IMG/VR virus record: IMGVR_UViG_3300036846_001227
Coordinates: 1-56,993 of that record
Source of the DNA: a virus
Taxonomy: Duplodnaviria > Caudoviricetes
Strand: one strand, 5' to 3'
DNA: 56,993 nucleotides
The position numbers were made by a program, and so were the translations under genes. A model generated the notes under the pieces. That model was given only the letters and a program-made list of their open reading frames with translations, had not been told where the DNA came from and made no database searches. Below are positions 25,767 through 34,834 of the stretch, piece after piece; positions within the stretch are counted from its first letter, which is position 1; each line of letters starts with the position of its first letter.

Positions 25767-26402
25767 GTGTCGACTGCTTTTCCTGGTATCCGGGGCCAGA
25801 CCCCGCTTGACGACCTCCTAGACTTCAGCGGCACGGTCACTGCCGGCGGCACGGCCCAGCTCCTGTTGCCGCAGCAGCCTCGCCGGCTGTCACTCTCCGT
25901 TAGTGCAGTTGACGCTACCGACACCCTCTACTTGGGGATCGGACCAGCTAAGGGAGTGGCCACCCTCACCTCGGGGACCGTTTCGGCCATCGCAGTTAGC
26001 AACGGCGGCGTCGGCTACACGGTCGCTCCCCAGGTCCGCATACTCGGCGGGGTTGTCCAGGGCGACTACGAAACGGCCCCCGGCTCGACCAACCTCGGCG
26101 GAGCCTCCGTACCCGGCAGGGTTGCAGTCGCCCACGCGACCATCGCGGCCGGCGCAGTCAGCGCCATCACCGTCGACGACCCAGGCGCTGGATACTTGGT
26201 CCCGCCCCTTATTTACTTGGAGAACCCTTGGCCGGCGCTAGGCGGCGGAGCCTACGCGCCGGGTGTCAACAACGGCATCCCGGTCCCGATCAACACCACC
26301 TTCACCTTCAACGGCAGCCTCCTCGTGCCCGGCTCCGCCGTCGCCATCTTCGGGGCCACGACCGGCGACCAGTTCCATGTGAAGGTCGGCGGCCTGGTCT
26401 AG
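25767..26402 (+). CDS. Putative virion structural protein with GxGYxxxP beta-repeats
   Basis: AGGAG RBS; NGGVGYTVAPQV and DPGAGYLVPP repeats shared with tail proteins. Confidence 0.7.
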   Translation: MSTAFPGIRGQTPLDDLLDFSGTVTAGGTAQLLLPQQPRRLSLSVSAVDATDTLYLGIGPAKGVATLTSGTVSAIAVSNGGVGYTVAPQVRILGGVVQGDYETAPGSTNLGGASVPGRVAVAHATIAAGAVSAITVDDPGAGYLVPPLIYLENPWPALGGGAYAPGVNNGIPVPINTTFTFNGSLLVPGSAVAIFGATTGDQFHVKVGGLV

Positions 26403-26589
26403 TGACCACCTTCGGCCTAAGGTATTGGAATGGCTACTTCCACTTCCATGTGATGTGGACGAGCCTGACACCACCTTACGGGTGGAACTCGTCTCGCATG
26501 CGCAACCGTTACCGTGATCTGGACAAAGCTCTTCGTCACCTCGACACTAAAGACACTGTCGTCATGATCTTCCCGGTGTAGGAGGCTAG

Positions 26590-26796
26590 ATGTTCACTCA
26601 GTACCGCCGCACCCAGATCGCCGAAATGACCCCCTGGGCCGCCGGTCGCGATATGTCGGGCGTCTCCGTCTCGGCCGTCGACCTGAACAATGGCTCCCCC
26701 AAGGAAGGCGACATGATCGCCAGAAACCCAGCCAACCATGCCGACCAGTGGTTGGTTTCTGCCGCTTACTTCGCTGCCAACTTCGAGCCGCTGTAA
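26590..26796 (+). CDS. Conserved phage hypothetical protein
   Basis: AGGAGG RBS; GSPKEGDMIARNPANHADQWLV motif. Confidence 0.8.
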   Translation: MFTQYRRTQIAEMTPWAAGRDMSGVSVSAVDLNNGSPKEGDMIARNPANHADQWLVSAAYFAANFEPL

Positions 26797-26946
26797 GGCT
26801 CCAACAATGGGAGGTCTAGCCATCTTGACGTTACTTGCATCTGGTCCGGCGGCCGTACTGAATGAGGCCGGCTGTCTCCCTTCGGGGTCTGGGTGCTTGC
26901 GCCGACGGATGGGGCCTCGCGCCCCGGCACATCGAAATGCTGGGGA

Positions 26947-26980
26947 TGCGCTGCACAAAACCAGCAGCAATCGCAGTATC
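26947..26980. repeat. Intergenic motif A copy (34 bp)
   Basis: TGCGCTGCACAAAACCAGCAGCAATCGCAGTATC. Confidence 0.9.
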
Positions 26981-27143
26981 AGCAAGCTGGAAGAAGCACA
27001 GGCAAAGTCAGCAGTGCACACGCGCGGTGTACACACACAGCCGTCGCATCGCCGGTATCCCCTCCCGACCAAGATTGGTATAAGCTGGACTCGCCTAGTC
27101 GCGAGCGAAGCGAGCGACTGATCGAAGTTGGGAGGGGTGATAC

Positions 27144-27323
27144 ATGCCTATGATCCGTCGAGCAGCCCCGATTGCCCCACCAGTTGCCAGTGGCCGGGGA
27201 CTTCGCAATGCCAAGGTCACGGCCCCCGTTGTCAAGGCGGTCATGGATGCCGCCGCCCGCGCCCCGACCCGAGGCCGCCGCAAGGGCCGCCGGTCCCGCC
27301 GGGCCGGCCGCAAGAGTTACTAA
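27144..27323 (+). CDS. 59-aa Arg-rich basic protein
   Basis: GGAGG RBS; ends RGRRKGRRSRRAGRKSY; not in the ORF track. Confidence 0.65.
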   Translation: MPMIRRAAPIAPPVASGRGLRNAKVTAPVVKAVMDAAARAPTRGRRKGRRSRRAGRKSY

Positions 27324-27524
27324 GTGCCTATCTTCTTAGAGGACCGCCTCAAGCGCCAAGCCTCCAAGCGAGGCCTGAAAGGCCGGGACGCCGCCCGCTA
27401 TGTCTACGGGACTATGAATAACCGGGGCTATATGCGCGGCAACAAAGTAACCGCCAAGGGCCGCGAAGCAGAGCGCAAGCACCGCTCCCACCAGCGGTCG
27501 AGGCGGCGCACTAGGAGGTCCTGA
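27324..27524 (+). CDS. Small highly basic protein
   Basis: Directly follows the previous stop; ARYVYGTMN motif and an Arg-rich tail. Confidence 0.7.
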   Translation: MPIFLEDRLKRQASKRGLKGRDAARYVYGTMNNRGYMRGNKVTAKGREAERKHRSHQRSRRRTRRS

Positions 27525-27820
27525 TGTCTCTTGCGCATGACGACACCCCCGTCGCGCAGACTTACTTGACCCGCGAGGAAGCCGCCGCTTACTTGTCCGA
27601 GCGCTTGCGCGGCCAGTTCAACGCCAAGCAAATCTCCAAGTGGGGCGACAAAGGTCCGCGCTACCGGCTCTTCCGGGGCAACAAGGCTGCCCGAGGCGGC
27701 GGCTGGGGCCGGTGGGCACTCTACACCGCCGAGGACCTCGAAGCCTGGATCGAAACCCAACTCGTGGAGCCGTTCCCCAATGGAAGACCTGACGAGCATT
27801 CTGCCGGCGAAGCGGGTTAA
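27524..27820 (+). CDS. Xis/AlpA-like HTH DNA-binding protein
   Basis: YLTREEAAAYL...W..KGPRY...LY..EDLEAWI; AGGAGG RBS. Confidence 0.75.
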   Translation: MSLAHDDTPVAQTYLTREEAAAYLSERLRGQFNAKQISKWGDKGPRYRLFRGNKAARGGGWGRWALYTAEDLEAWIETQLVEPFPNGRPDEHSAGEAG

Positions 27821-30539
27821 CCGGCGACGGAGTAAACCAACCCTCGAACTGCCAGTCTCCGAGCAACTTGTTGCTGGGACGACCCCGCAATGGAGATCCC
27901 TCTTTCAGGTCTTCCTCGACCATCTCACTATCGAGAGCCGGGAGACGGGCACCACCACTCTTGGCAAGCACCTCTGGGGTTCGCAGACCCGCGTCCTCGA
28001 CTTCTTGGCCGCCGGCATGGACGAGGGCATCCGCGACTTCACCATCCTCAAGTCGCGGCAGCTGGGGGAGTGCCTTGACCCCGATACTCGCATCCTGACC
28101 GCCGACCTGCGTTGGGTCGCGATCCGCGACATCAGAGAGGGAGAGGAAGTCGTCGCTGTCGATGAGGAGCCAACAGGTGGAGGACGTGGCCAAGGCCAAA
28201 GGAAGATGCGGCGGGCTACAGTCCAGGCTAAGGTCTACAAGGAACTTGACGCCTACAAGCTACACTTCTCCGATGGGCGTACCATCATTTGCACCGGCAA
28301 GCACCCGTGGCTGGCGAAGCCAACGGCAGGATATAAGCAGCCGACGTGGTGTTCTCTAGAAAGCCCGGCAGGCAATACACGTTTGCGGATCGGCTCACTC
28401 GTCCGTTGGGTAACGGAGCCATGGGGGGCTTCCACCATGGAGGATGGGTGGTTTGGTGGGATGCTTGATGGCGAAGGCTCGTCGCACTGGCCACGCGCCG
28501 GTGGAGGGAACGTAAACGTATCGCAGCGTCGAGGTCCTGTGTGGGACCGCCTGGTCCGCTACGCTGAGCAGGAGGGCTATCACTACAACATCGAGAATGA
28601 TGAACGTCCTCGCCTAACCAAGTACGGTAAGGTCCCTGTACCAAAGCTCGTCTTTTCCCGGGCTAACGAGATCATGCAACTTCTGGGACAGACGAAGCCG
28701 ACGCGCTTCAATACCGACTTCTGGGAAGGCCGGGAGCTTCCAGGCAAGAAGAGCAACATCGGTTACAGCGAGCTGGTTGCGATAGACCGTCTTGGTCGAT
28801 GGCAGGTTGTCGATCTTCAGACAACGATGGGCACCTACATTGCCGAAGGCTTTGTATCGCACAACACCACGATCTGCCTGGCCATCGACCTATTCTGGCT
28901 CTTCCTCTATCCTGGCATCAACGGCTGCATCCTCATCGACGACGAGGGCAACCGCGACAAGATACGGGTGATCCTGCGCCAGTTCGCCAACGGTCTGCCG
29001 CCGAAATGGCGGCATCGGATCGTCGACGACAACAAGACCCTCATGAGCTTCAATGTGGGTGGCAAGCTCTCGATGCTGGACTTCCTCTATGCCGGCACCC
29101 GGCGCTCAACCTTGGGGGCCTCGCGCTCCTATCGCTTTGCCCACATGACCGAGGTCGCCAACTATGGGGACCCGGAGGGCCTGGAGAACTTTATCCAAAC
29201 TCTATCCGAAGGGCACCCCGACCGGCTCTTCATCAAGGAGTCGACCGCCAACCACTTCAATCACTTCTACCATATGTGCGAGCAGGCGAAGGAAGACACC
29301 CACACTCAGCGCTTCTGCTTTGTGGGGTGGTGGTCGCGTGACGATCAGCGCATCGCTTCATCGGACCCTCGCTACAACGAGTACATGGAAGAGCCATGGA
29401 CCGACGAAGAACTCGAACTAAAAGACGAGGTACTCCGATTGTATGATGTCACGGTCGATGACGAGCAACTCTGCTGGTATAGGTGGCGCTCGACGGCCCG
29501 TTCCATCGATGAGGGGATGCTGCACCAGACCCAGCCGTGGACTGAGAGCCAGGCCTTCGTCCTGTCGGGGCGCTCCTTCTTCCCTTTAAGGCGCGTTGAG
29601 GCCGACATCAAGGAGATTTACCAGGCCGCGCCGGCCCAGGACTCGCCCTATGACTTCACGGCCTTTCGGTATTACTTGGGCCAGGACCTCCCCTCCACCA
29701 CTATCGAGGAGGTCCACACCATCGAGGAGGCCGACCTAAAGGTCTGGGAGGACCCCGTCCCCTGGGGAAGATATGTCATAGGGGTTGACCCAGCGTATGG
29801 CCGCAGCGACTGGAACGACTCGCACGCCATCACCGTCTGCCGGTGTTATGCCGACAGGCTGGTGACAGTGGCCGAGTACGGCACTCCCGAACCCGAAACC
29901 TTCCAGGTCACCTGGGCACTCGCTCACCTGGCCGCCCTCTATGATGATTGCTACATCAACATCGAGGTCAAGGGACCCGGCGTCGTCATCATGAACGAGC
30001 TGCGCCGGCTCAAGGTCTGGCTCCAGTCCCAGATGATGGCGACCATTGTCCATGACAAGGACTGGCACAACATCACCGACAACGCCAAATGGTACTTGTG
30101 GCACCGCCCCGACTCCCTCGGCAAGGGTTATGCCTACGGTGTCAACACCACCTATGACCTGAAGATAGCCATAATGAACGAGCTGCGGGACAGCTACATC
30201 AACCATGCCCTGTGGATCAAATCCCTGCGCTGTCTCAAGCAGATGCAGTTTGTGGTACAAGAAGGCGCGGACATCGGGCCGGGTGCCAAGGGCCGCAACC
30301 ACGATGACTACGTCTTCAGTCTCGCCTTTGCTCACCGGGCGTGGCAGGACTGGGTCCGGCAGGACCTGATCGACCTCGGCTACACCTGGCAGCGTGCTCA
30401 GCAGGATGACCTCGACAGGAAGACCGGTCGGCCGCCCAATGTCGTCGCCAGCATCGTGTCCAACTTCTTTGCCAACAAGGAGCGCGACCGCACCGAAGGC
30501 CCACCCGAACAGCAGTGGTACCGGGAGCGCGGCCTGTGA
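27780..30539 (+). CDS. terL: Terminase large subunit (intein-containing)
   Basis: ILKSRQLG.TT Walker A split by the intein, HMTEVA Walker B, ESTA, nuclease IGVDPAYG and HDD.V motifs. Confidence 0.92.
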   Translation: MEDLTSILPAKRVNRRRSKPTLELPVSEQLVAGTTPQWRSLFQVFLDHLTIESRETGTTTLGKHLWGSQTRVLDFLAAGMDEGIRDFTILKSRQLGECLDPDTRILTADLRWVAIRDIREGEEVVAVDEEPTGGGRGQGQRKMRRATVQAKVYKELDAYKLHFSDGRTIICTGKHPWLAKPTAGYKQPTWCSLESPAGNTRLRIGSLVRWVTEPWGASTMEDGWFGGMLDGEGSSHWPRAGGGNVNVSQRRGPVWDRLVRYAEQEGYHYNIENDERPRLTKYGKVPVPKLVFSRANEIMQLLGQTKPTRFNTDFWEGRELPGKKSNIGYSELVAIDRLGRWQVVDLQTTMGTYIAEGFVSHNTTICLAIDLFWLFLYPGINGCILIDDEGNRDKIRVILRQFANGLPPKWRHRIVDDNKTLMSFNVGGKLSMLDFLYAGTRRSTLGASRSYRFAHMTEVANYGDPEGLENFIQTLSEGHPDRLFIKESTANHFNHFYHMCEQAKEDTHTQRFCFVGWWSRDDQRIASSDPRYNEYMEEPWTDEELELKDEVLRLYDVTVDDEQLCWYRWRSTARSIDEGMLHQTQPWTESQAFVLSGRSFFPLRRVEADIKEIYQAAPAQDSPYDFTAFRYYLGQDLPSTTIEEVHTIEEADLKVWEDPVPWGRYVIGVDPAYGRSDWNDSHAITVCRCYADRLVTVAEYGTPEPETFQVTWALAHLAALYDDCYINIEVKGPGVVIMNELRRLKVWLQSQMMATIVHDKDWHNITDNAKWYLWHRPDSLGKGYAYGVNTTYDLKIAIMNELRDSYINHALWIKSLRCLKQMQFVVQEGADIGPGAKGRNHDDYVFSLAFAHRAWQDWVRQDLIDLGYTWQRAQQDDLDRKTGRPPNVVASIVSNFFANKERDRTEGPPEQQWYRERGL
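28071..28865 (+). mobile_element. Intein (265 aa) with a LAGLIDADG-like motif
   Basis: Starts CLDPDTRILTAD, block B T..HPW, WFGGMLDGEGS, ends VVDLQT..GTYIAEGFVSHN followed by Thr. Confidence 0.93.
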
Positions 30540-30892
30540 GTCCGGCCCTCAACAACTTCTACATGCGCCTGCAAGCGTACAAGGAGGAGCATGGCGGGGA
30601 GTCCCCACCTGCAATTTACATGCTGCCGGAAGAGCACGCAGAGATCAAGCACGCGCTCTTCACTTACGACGTAACCTTGGCCGCCGGTCATCTCTTTGGA
30701 GTGAAGGTGGTGGTCGTGCCCTTTAGCAAGGACCCCATCTTCAAGCGGCTCCAGGCCATGGCCCGGTTGGTGGGAGCAAGTATAGAATATCCGCACGAGG
30801 CCGTGGCCGAGTTCTTCAAAGATGGTGCCGGCTGGCGCTTTGTGGCAACAGTGCCCGGGAAGCTCTACCCCATAGATCACACATGGAGTTGA
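30536..30892 (+). CDS. Hypothetical protein
   Basis: GTGA overlap with the terL stop. Confidence 0.65.
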   Translation: MSPALNNFYMRLQAYKEEHGGESPPAIYMLPEEHAEIKHALFTYDVTLAAGHLFGVKVVVVPFSKDPIFKRLQAMARLVGASIEYPHEAVAEFFKDGAGWRFVATVPGKLYPIDHTWS

Positions 30893-30895
30893 CCC

Positions 30896-31168
30896 ATGTT
30901 CTTCACCTTAGCGATCAAGAACTCCAACCACCCGCTGGTGCCGCCGCTGGTCATTCACACGCATCCGGTCACCGGCGACCGGATGACCCTTGACATAGCC
31001 CGCTACCTGGCCCGGGGCTTTATCGAGGAGTTCATCAAGAACAACAACCTACACGGCTCCGCCGTGTGGAAGGCGCGCAGCGAAGTGGACGACCTCGAAC
31101 CCAACCACTTCGTCTCCCTTGACTCTCTGACCATCGAGCTTCGTACAAAGGTTCTCTACGATGCCTAG
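30896..31168 (+). CDS. Hypothetical protein
   Basis: GGAG RBS; operon packing. Confidence 0.65.
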   Translation: MFFTLAIKNSNHPLVPPLVIHTHPVTGDRMTLDIARYLARGFIEEFIKNNNLHGSAVWKARSEVDDLEPNHFVSLDSLTIELRTKVLYDA

Positions 31169-31658
31169 GTACATCCGCGTCTATCGCTGTCCGGACTGCG
31201 GCCACAAGTGGAAGACGGAGTCGAAGCTGGGCTTCCTGGAGCCGGACTGCCCGCAGTGCGGCTTCCACCCCGACCCGCTGCCCGACCGGGTCACCATGCC
31301 GGCGATCATCGGCACCCACGCCAAAGCGATTGACGAGGCGTGGAAGGTGGCGTCGGAGGACTTCGGCCTGACTGACATGCGGGACAATACCCAGGAGGGC
31401 GAGACGGCCTTCAAGATGCCGCCGGCCCCACCAAGCAATATAATCCAGCCTAATAACTCGGTGGCGCGGGCGGGTGGCTTCATGTGGGGCAACGCGGGCA
31501 ATGGGACCGTGCCGCAAATCCCTGTGGCCAATGTTCTACAGCAAGCGCAGGCTGCCTCGAAGATGTCTGACGTGGAAGGTTCCAATCCCATGCGGAAGTT
31601 GCACCAGGCGAGGCCGACGATGACCGCGCACTCGCTGGGCAACTTCAACCGGAGATGA
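31161..31658 (+). CDS. FmdB-like zinc-ribbon protein
   Basis: MP...YRCPDCGH...CPQCG. Confidence 0.75.
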   Translation: MPRYIRVYRCPDCGHKWKTESKLGFLEPDCPQCGFHPDPLPDRVTMPAIIGTHAKAIDEAWKVASEDFGLTDMRDNTQEGETAFKMPPAPPSNIIQPNNSVARAGGFMWGNAGNGTVPQIPVANVLQQAQAASKMSDVEGSNPMRKLHQARPTMTAHSLGNFNRR

Positions 31659-31948
31659 CGATGGTCACCTGTGACACCTGCAAGTTCTTCCTCGCCCAGC
31701 AGCCGGGGGAGCCGCGCGAGTGTCACCGCTTTCCGCCGGCGGTCCAGCTTTACATCGACATGGTCTTGCACCCGGAGAGTGGTCAACCGGAGACCCGCGT
31801 CACCAAGTATGTCGCCTATCCCGCACCCCAACCGGACTGGCTCGCATGCGGAGAATACAGGGTGGGCATCATCGAGGCCCGCACCGTCGACCCCCACGCC
31901 TTGATTGGGCACCCTCGCCCATCACCGAGGCCGAGGAACGGGAGCTAA
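31655..31948 (+). CDS. Small Cys-rich protein
   Basis: CDTCKFF...CHRFPP...CGEY. Confidence 0.7.
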   Translation: MTMVTCDTCKFFLAQQPGEPRECHRFPPAVQLYIDMVLHPESGQPETRVTKYVAYPAPQPDWLACGEYRVGIIEARTVDPHALIGHPRPSPRPRNGS

Positions 31949-31977
31949 GCGAGAAAGCCAAGACCCTAGGGAGGCTC

Positions 31978-32145
31978 ATGGCCCAGGTCGACTCCCTGCC
32001 GCCGTTCGCCCGGGAGGTCCTCCAGGGCTTACCCAACCCGGTCGATCTTAATCTGGCCCTAGCCGAGGGTTGTCGCACGCAAGCCGATGCCGAAGAGTGG
32101 GTGCGGGCTAACTATGGACGGTCCGCCGTCGAACGACTAGCCTGA
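31978..32145 (+). CDS. Hypothetical protein
   Basis: GGAGG upstream; 55 aa. Confidence 0.5.
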   Translation: MAQVDSLPPFAREVLQGLPNPVDLNLALAEGCRTQADAEEWVRANYGRSAVERLA

Positions 32146-32176
32146 CGGCTTCCACCAATGGCGAGCGTAGCGAGCC

Positions 32177-32521
32177 ATGAGCACACCTGGACCCTACAAC
32201 CTCGTCATCTACCGGGGTGACACCGGCACCTGGGAGTTCGTGTTGTGGGCCGACGCCGCCAAGACGGTGCCCTTTGACCTGAGTGGGGCGACGGCTAAGG
32301 CCGAGATACGCAACCGGCCCGGTGGCGTCTTGCTGGCCACCCTGAGCGTGTCCATCAACCTGCCGCAGACCATCGTAGTCACCTTGAGCGAGGCCGAGAG
32401 CCTGGCTCTCAATGGTGGCGTCTATGCGTGGGACTTGCCGGTGACCATGCCCGGCGGCGGCGTGCAAACCATGATGGCGGGGCCGGTGACAGTGACGGAG
32501 GACGTGACAGGGAGCGCGTGA
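32177..32521 (+). CDS. Fibre-associated adaptor-like beta-sandwich protein (BppU-N-like)
   Basis: [26 protein letters not shown] and G.VTV..DVT; precedes the collagen-like fibre. Confidence 0.65.
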   Translation: MSTPGPYNLVIYRGDTGTWEFVLWADAAKTVPFDLSGATAKAEIRNRPGGVLLATLSVSINLPQTIVVTLSEAESLALNGGVYAWDLPVTMPGGGVQTMMAGPVTVTEDVTGSA

Positions 32522-33672
32522 TGGCCTTCACCGATGTTGCCGTCGTCGATGTCATTCCGCCGCCGCCCATCGTGGTCGATGTGGTGGTGCCGCCGGGTGT
32601 GCAGGTGGTGGAGGTGATTGCCGGCACCCAGGGGCCGGCGGGGCCGCAGGGTCCCCCTGGCAACAATGGTGCGGTAGGTCCCATCGGTCCACCTGGCACG
32701 CCGGGCACTCCCGGTGGTCCACCTGGGCCAACCGGGCCGCCGGGTCCGACAGGTGCAACCGGAGCCAGTGGTCCCGCCGGCCCGACAGGTGGAACAGGTC
32801 CCGCCGGCCCGACAGGGGCAACGGGGGCGACCGGCGCAACAGGTGCCACCGGGCCAGCGGGGCCTACGGGTCCCACTGGCCCTGGCACTGTCACCAGCAT
32901 CACCGCCGGCACCGGCCTCAGCGGCGGCACCATCACCACCACCGGCACCATCGCCCTGGACGCAACTTATGTTAACGCACACTGGTTGCCGCTGACGGGT
33001 GGCACCCTGAGTGGGCCTGGCAACCTGATCATCGGCGGCACCACCCTGTTCCAGGGATCGCCCTACATCAACGGCCAGATTATCCACCTCTCAGGGGCCG
33101 TCGGCTCCGGCACCGGGAATATCTCTGGCGACGCCAACAACATCCTGGTGCAGTTGCCGACGGGCAACGGCTCGCTGTTCCTGTACAACAGTGCGGGCCA
33201 GAACATGCTGACGCTGGGTGGAGCAACCCAGTCGGCAATCTTTGGCGGGGCGGCAAGCTTTGCCGGCGGCCTCGTCGGCGTCACCACCAACAGCAATGCC
33301 GCCGCCGGCAATGTCGGCGAAGCGATCGCGGCGGTCGCTTCTTCATCGGTCACCTTGCCGGCGTCGACCCAGACCAACGTAACCAGTGTCAGCCTGACGC
33401 CAGGTGACTGGGATGTCGCCGGCGAGATGTGGACTACCGTGGCAGGAGCCGTCGACATCGAGGTCGGCATCAGCACGGTCAGCGCCACGCTCCCCGGGGC
33501 CGTCGCCGTCGGCTCGTCGCGCATCAAAATAACCGCCACCAGCACCAACCCGATCTTGGGTATCGGGCCTACTCGCGTGTCCCTTGCCTCCACCACCACC
33601 GTCTTTCTGGTCGGCTTCAGCAATGTCGCCGGCAGCGCCACCGGCAAGCTGGAAGCCCGCAGGATGCGGTGA
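32521..33672 (+). CDS. Collagen-like fibre protein
   Basis: Long Gly-X-Y run (about 32620-32890), then [18 protein letters not shown] and [10 protein letters not shown] fibre motifs. Confidence 0.85.
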   Translation: MAFTDVAVVDVIPPPPIVVDVVVPPGVQVVEVIAGTQGPAGPQGPPGNNGAVGPIGPPGTPGTPGGPPGPTGPPGPTGATGASGPAGPTGGTGPAGPTGATGATGATGATGPAGPTGPTGPGTVTSITAGTGLSGGTITTTGTIALDATYVNAHWLPLTGGTLSGPGNLIIGGTTLFQGSPYINGQIIHLSGAVGSGTGNISGDANNILVQLPTGNGSLFLYNSAGQNMLTLGGATQSAIFGGAASFAGGLVGVTTNSNAAAGNVGEAIAAVASSSVTLPASTQTNVTSVSLTPGDWDVAGEMWTTVAGAVDIEVGISTVSATLPGAVAVGSSRIKITATSTNPILGIGPTRVSLASTTTVFLVGFSNVAGSATGKLEARRMR

Positions 33673-33769
33673 CTAGGCCGCCTCCTCGGGCTCGGGTTCG
33701 CCTTCACCCTCGGAGCCTTCTTCGGCTTCGCCGGGTTCCTCGGGCGGCGGATCGGGTGTAAACATTGTC

Positions 33770-34834
33770 ATGGCCTCCTTGCTGGACGACCCCTCCTTAG
33801 AGCTTGGCGGCGCACTCGACAAGGTGTCCCCGCAAACCCCTGTGTCCGGGCGGGTGATCCGGCCCCCAAGGAGTATCCTGGACGTGGTCACCGGGGCCGG
33901 CGAGGCTATCGGCCAAGATGTGGGTGGGATGCTCCAGGGCTTAGCTAACTACATCAAGACCCCGGGCATGGTGGCCAGCGGGGAGATATCCATGGCGGAT
34001 GTGGCCGGCGCGGCCCAAGGCTTCGCGGCCAACACCGCCCTCCTGGGTGCTGGCCTCCCAGCCCCGGCTGGCGCGCTCCGCACCCTGGGAGGGATCAACA
34101 AGGCCGCCGCCCTGGACACCAATGCCTTGAGGACGGCCCAAGCCATGGCCGCCGCCGGTAAGGACCCCTATGCGATCTGGCAGCAGACCGGCTTCTATCG
34201 GGACACCCCAGTCAACTGGCGCTTCGAGATGCCTGATCAAGCTGCCCGTGTCGTCAACCCCGTGGTCGGTGTCAGGCCGGCCAGCGAGGCCTTCGATCAC
34301 CCCGAACTCTTTAGGCAGTATCCACAGCTGGCTGATCTTCCTGTCCGCTTCATGGACCTAGGGGCAGGGAACGCGGGGGTGCTCTACAAAAACGATGCGA
34401 CGAGGCAGCCGGCGTTCATGCAGATCAATTCCATGGACCCGGTGGCGGAGCAGCTGAAGACCTTCCTGCACGAGGGGCAGCACGGCATCCAGATGCTTGA
34501 GGACCTGCCAGGAGGGGCGCAAGTGAGCGACTTCCTGGCCGACGATTACCCGGCCAGGCGGGCTGAGCTTGAGCGAAGGGCCAATGCAGGAGAAGATGTG
34601 ACTAAGCCGTGGACTGAGATGGACAAGGAGTATCTGGAGGCCTGGGAGAAGTATCAGAAGGTGCCCGGCGAAGTAGAGGCGAGGAACGTGGAGGACCGCC
34701 ACGACATGACGGCGGAGATGGCCAAGCAGATCATGCCGAGCGGCGCGCAAGGGGCCAGCATCCCGGCCCCTGTCCAGTGGACCTGGCCTAATATACTGTC
34801 TGCCCTCGCCGGCCTCCAACCGGAGCAGCAGTGA
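33770..34834 (+). CDS. LPD23-like domain + HExxH metallopeptidase-like protein
   Basis: IWQQTGFYR...WRFEMPD, DHPELF.QYP.L, LHEGQHGIQ..E, GEVEARNVE.R. Confidence 0.75.
   Translation: MASLLDDPSLELGGALDKVSPQTPVSGRVIRPPRSILDVVTGAGEAIGQDVGGMLQGLANYIKTPGMVASGEISMADVAGAAQGFAANTALLGAGLPAPAGALRTLGGINKAAALDTNALRTAQAMAAAGKDPYAIWQQTGFYRDTPVNWRFEMPDQAARVVNPVVGVRPASEAFDHPELFRQYPQLADLPVRFMDLGAGNAGVLYKNDATRQPAFMQINSMDPVAEQLKTFLHEGQHGIQMLEDLPGGAQVSDFLADDYPARRAELERRANAGEDVTKPWTEMDKEYLEAWEKYQKVPGEVEARNVEDRHDMTAEMAKQIMPSGAQGASIPAPVQWTWPNILSALAGLQPEQQ

Noticed and set aside
27524-27820. Evidence for a temperate lifestyle from the Xis-like gene
   Set aside because: No integrase, repressor or partition genes seen.
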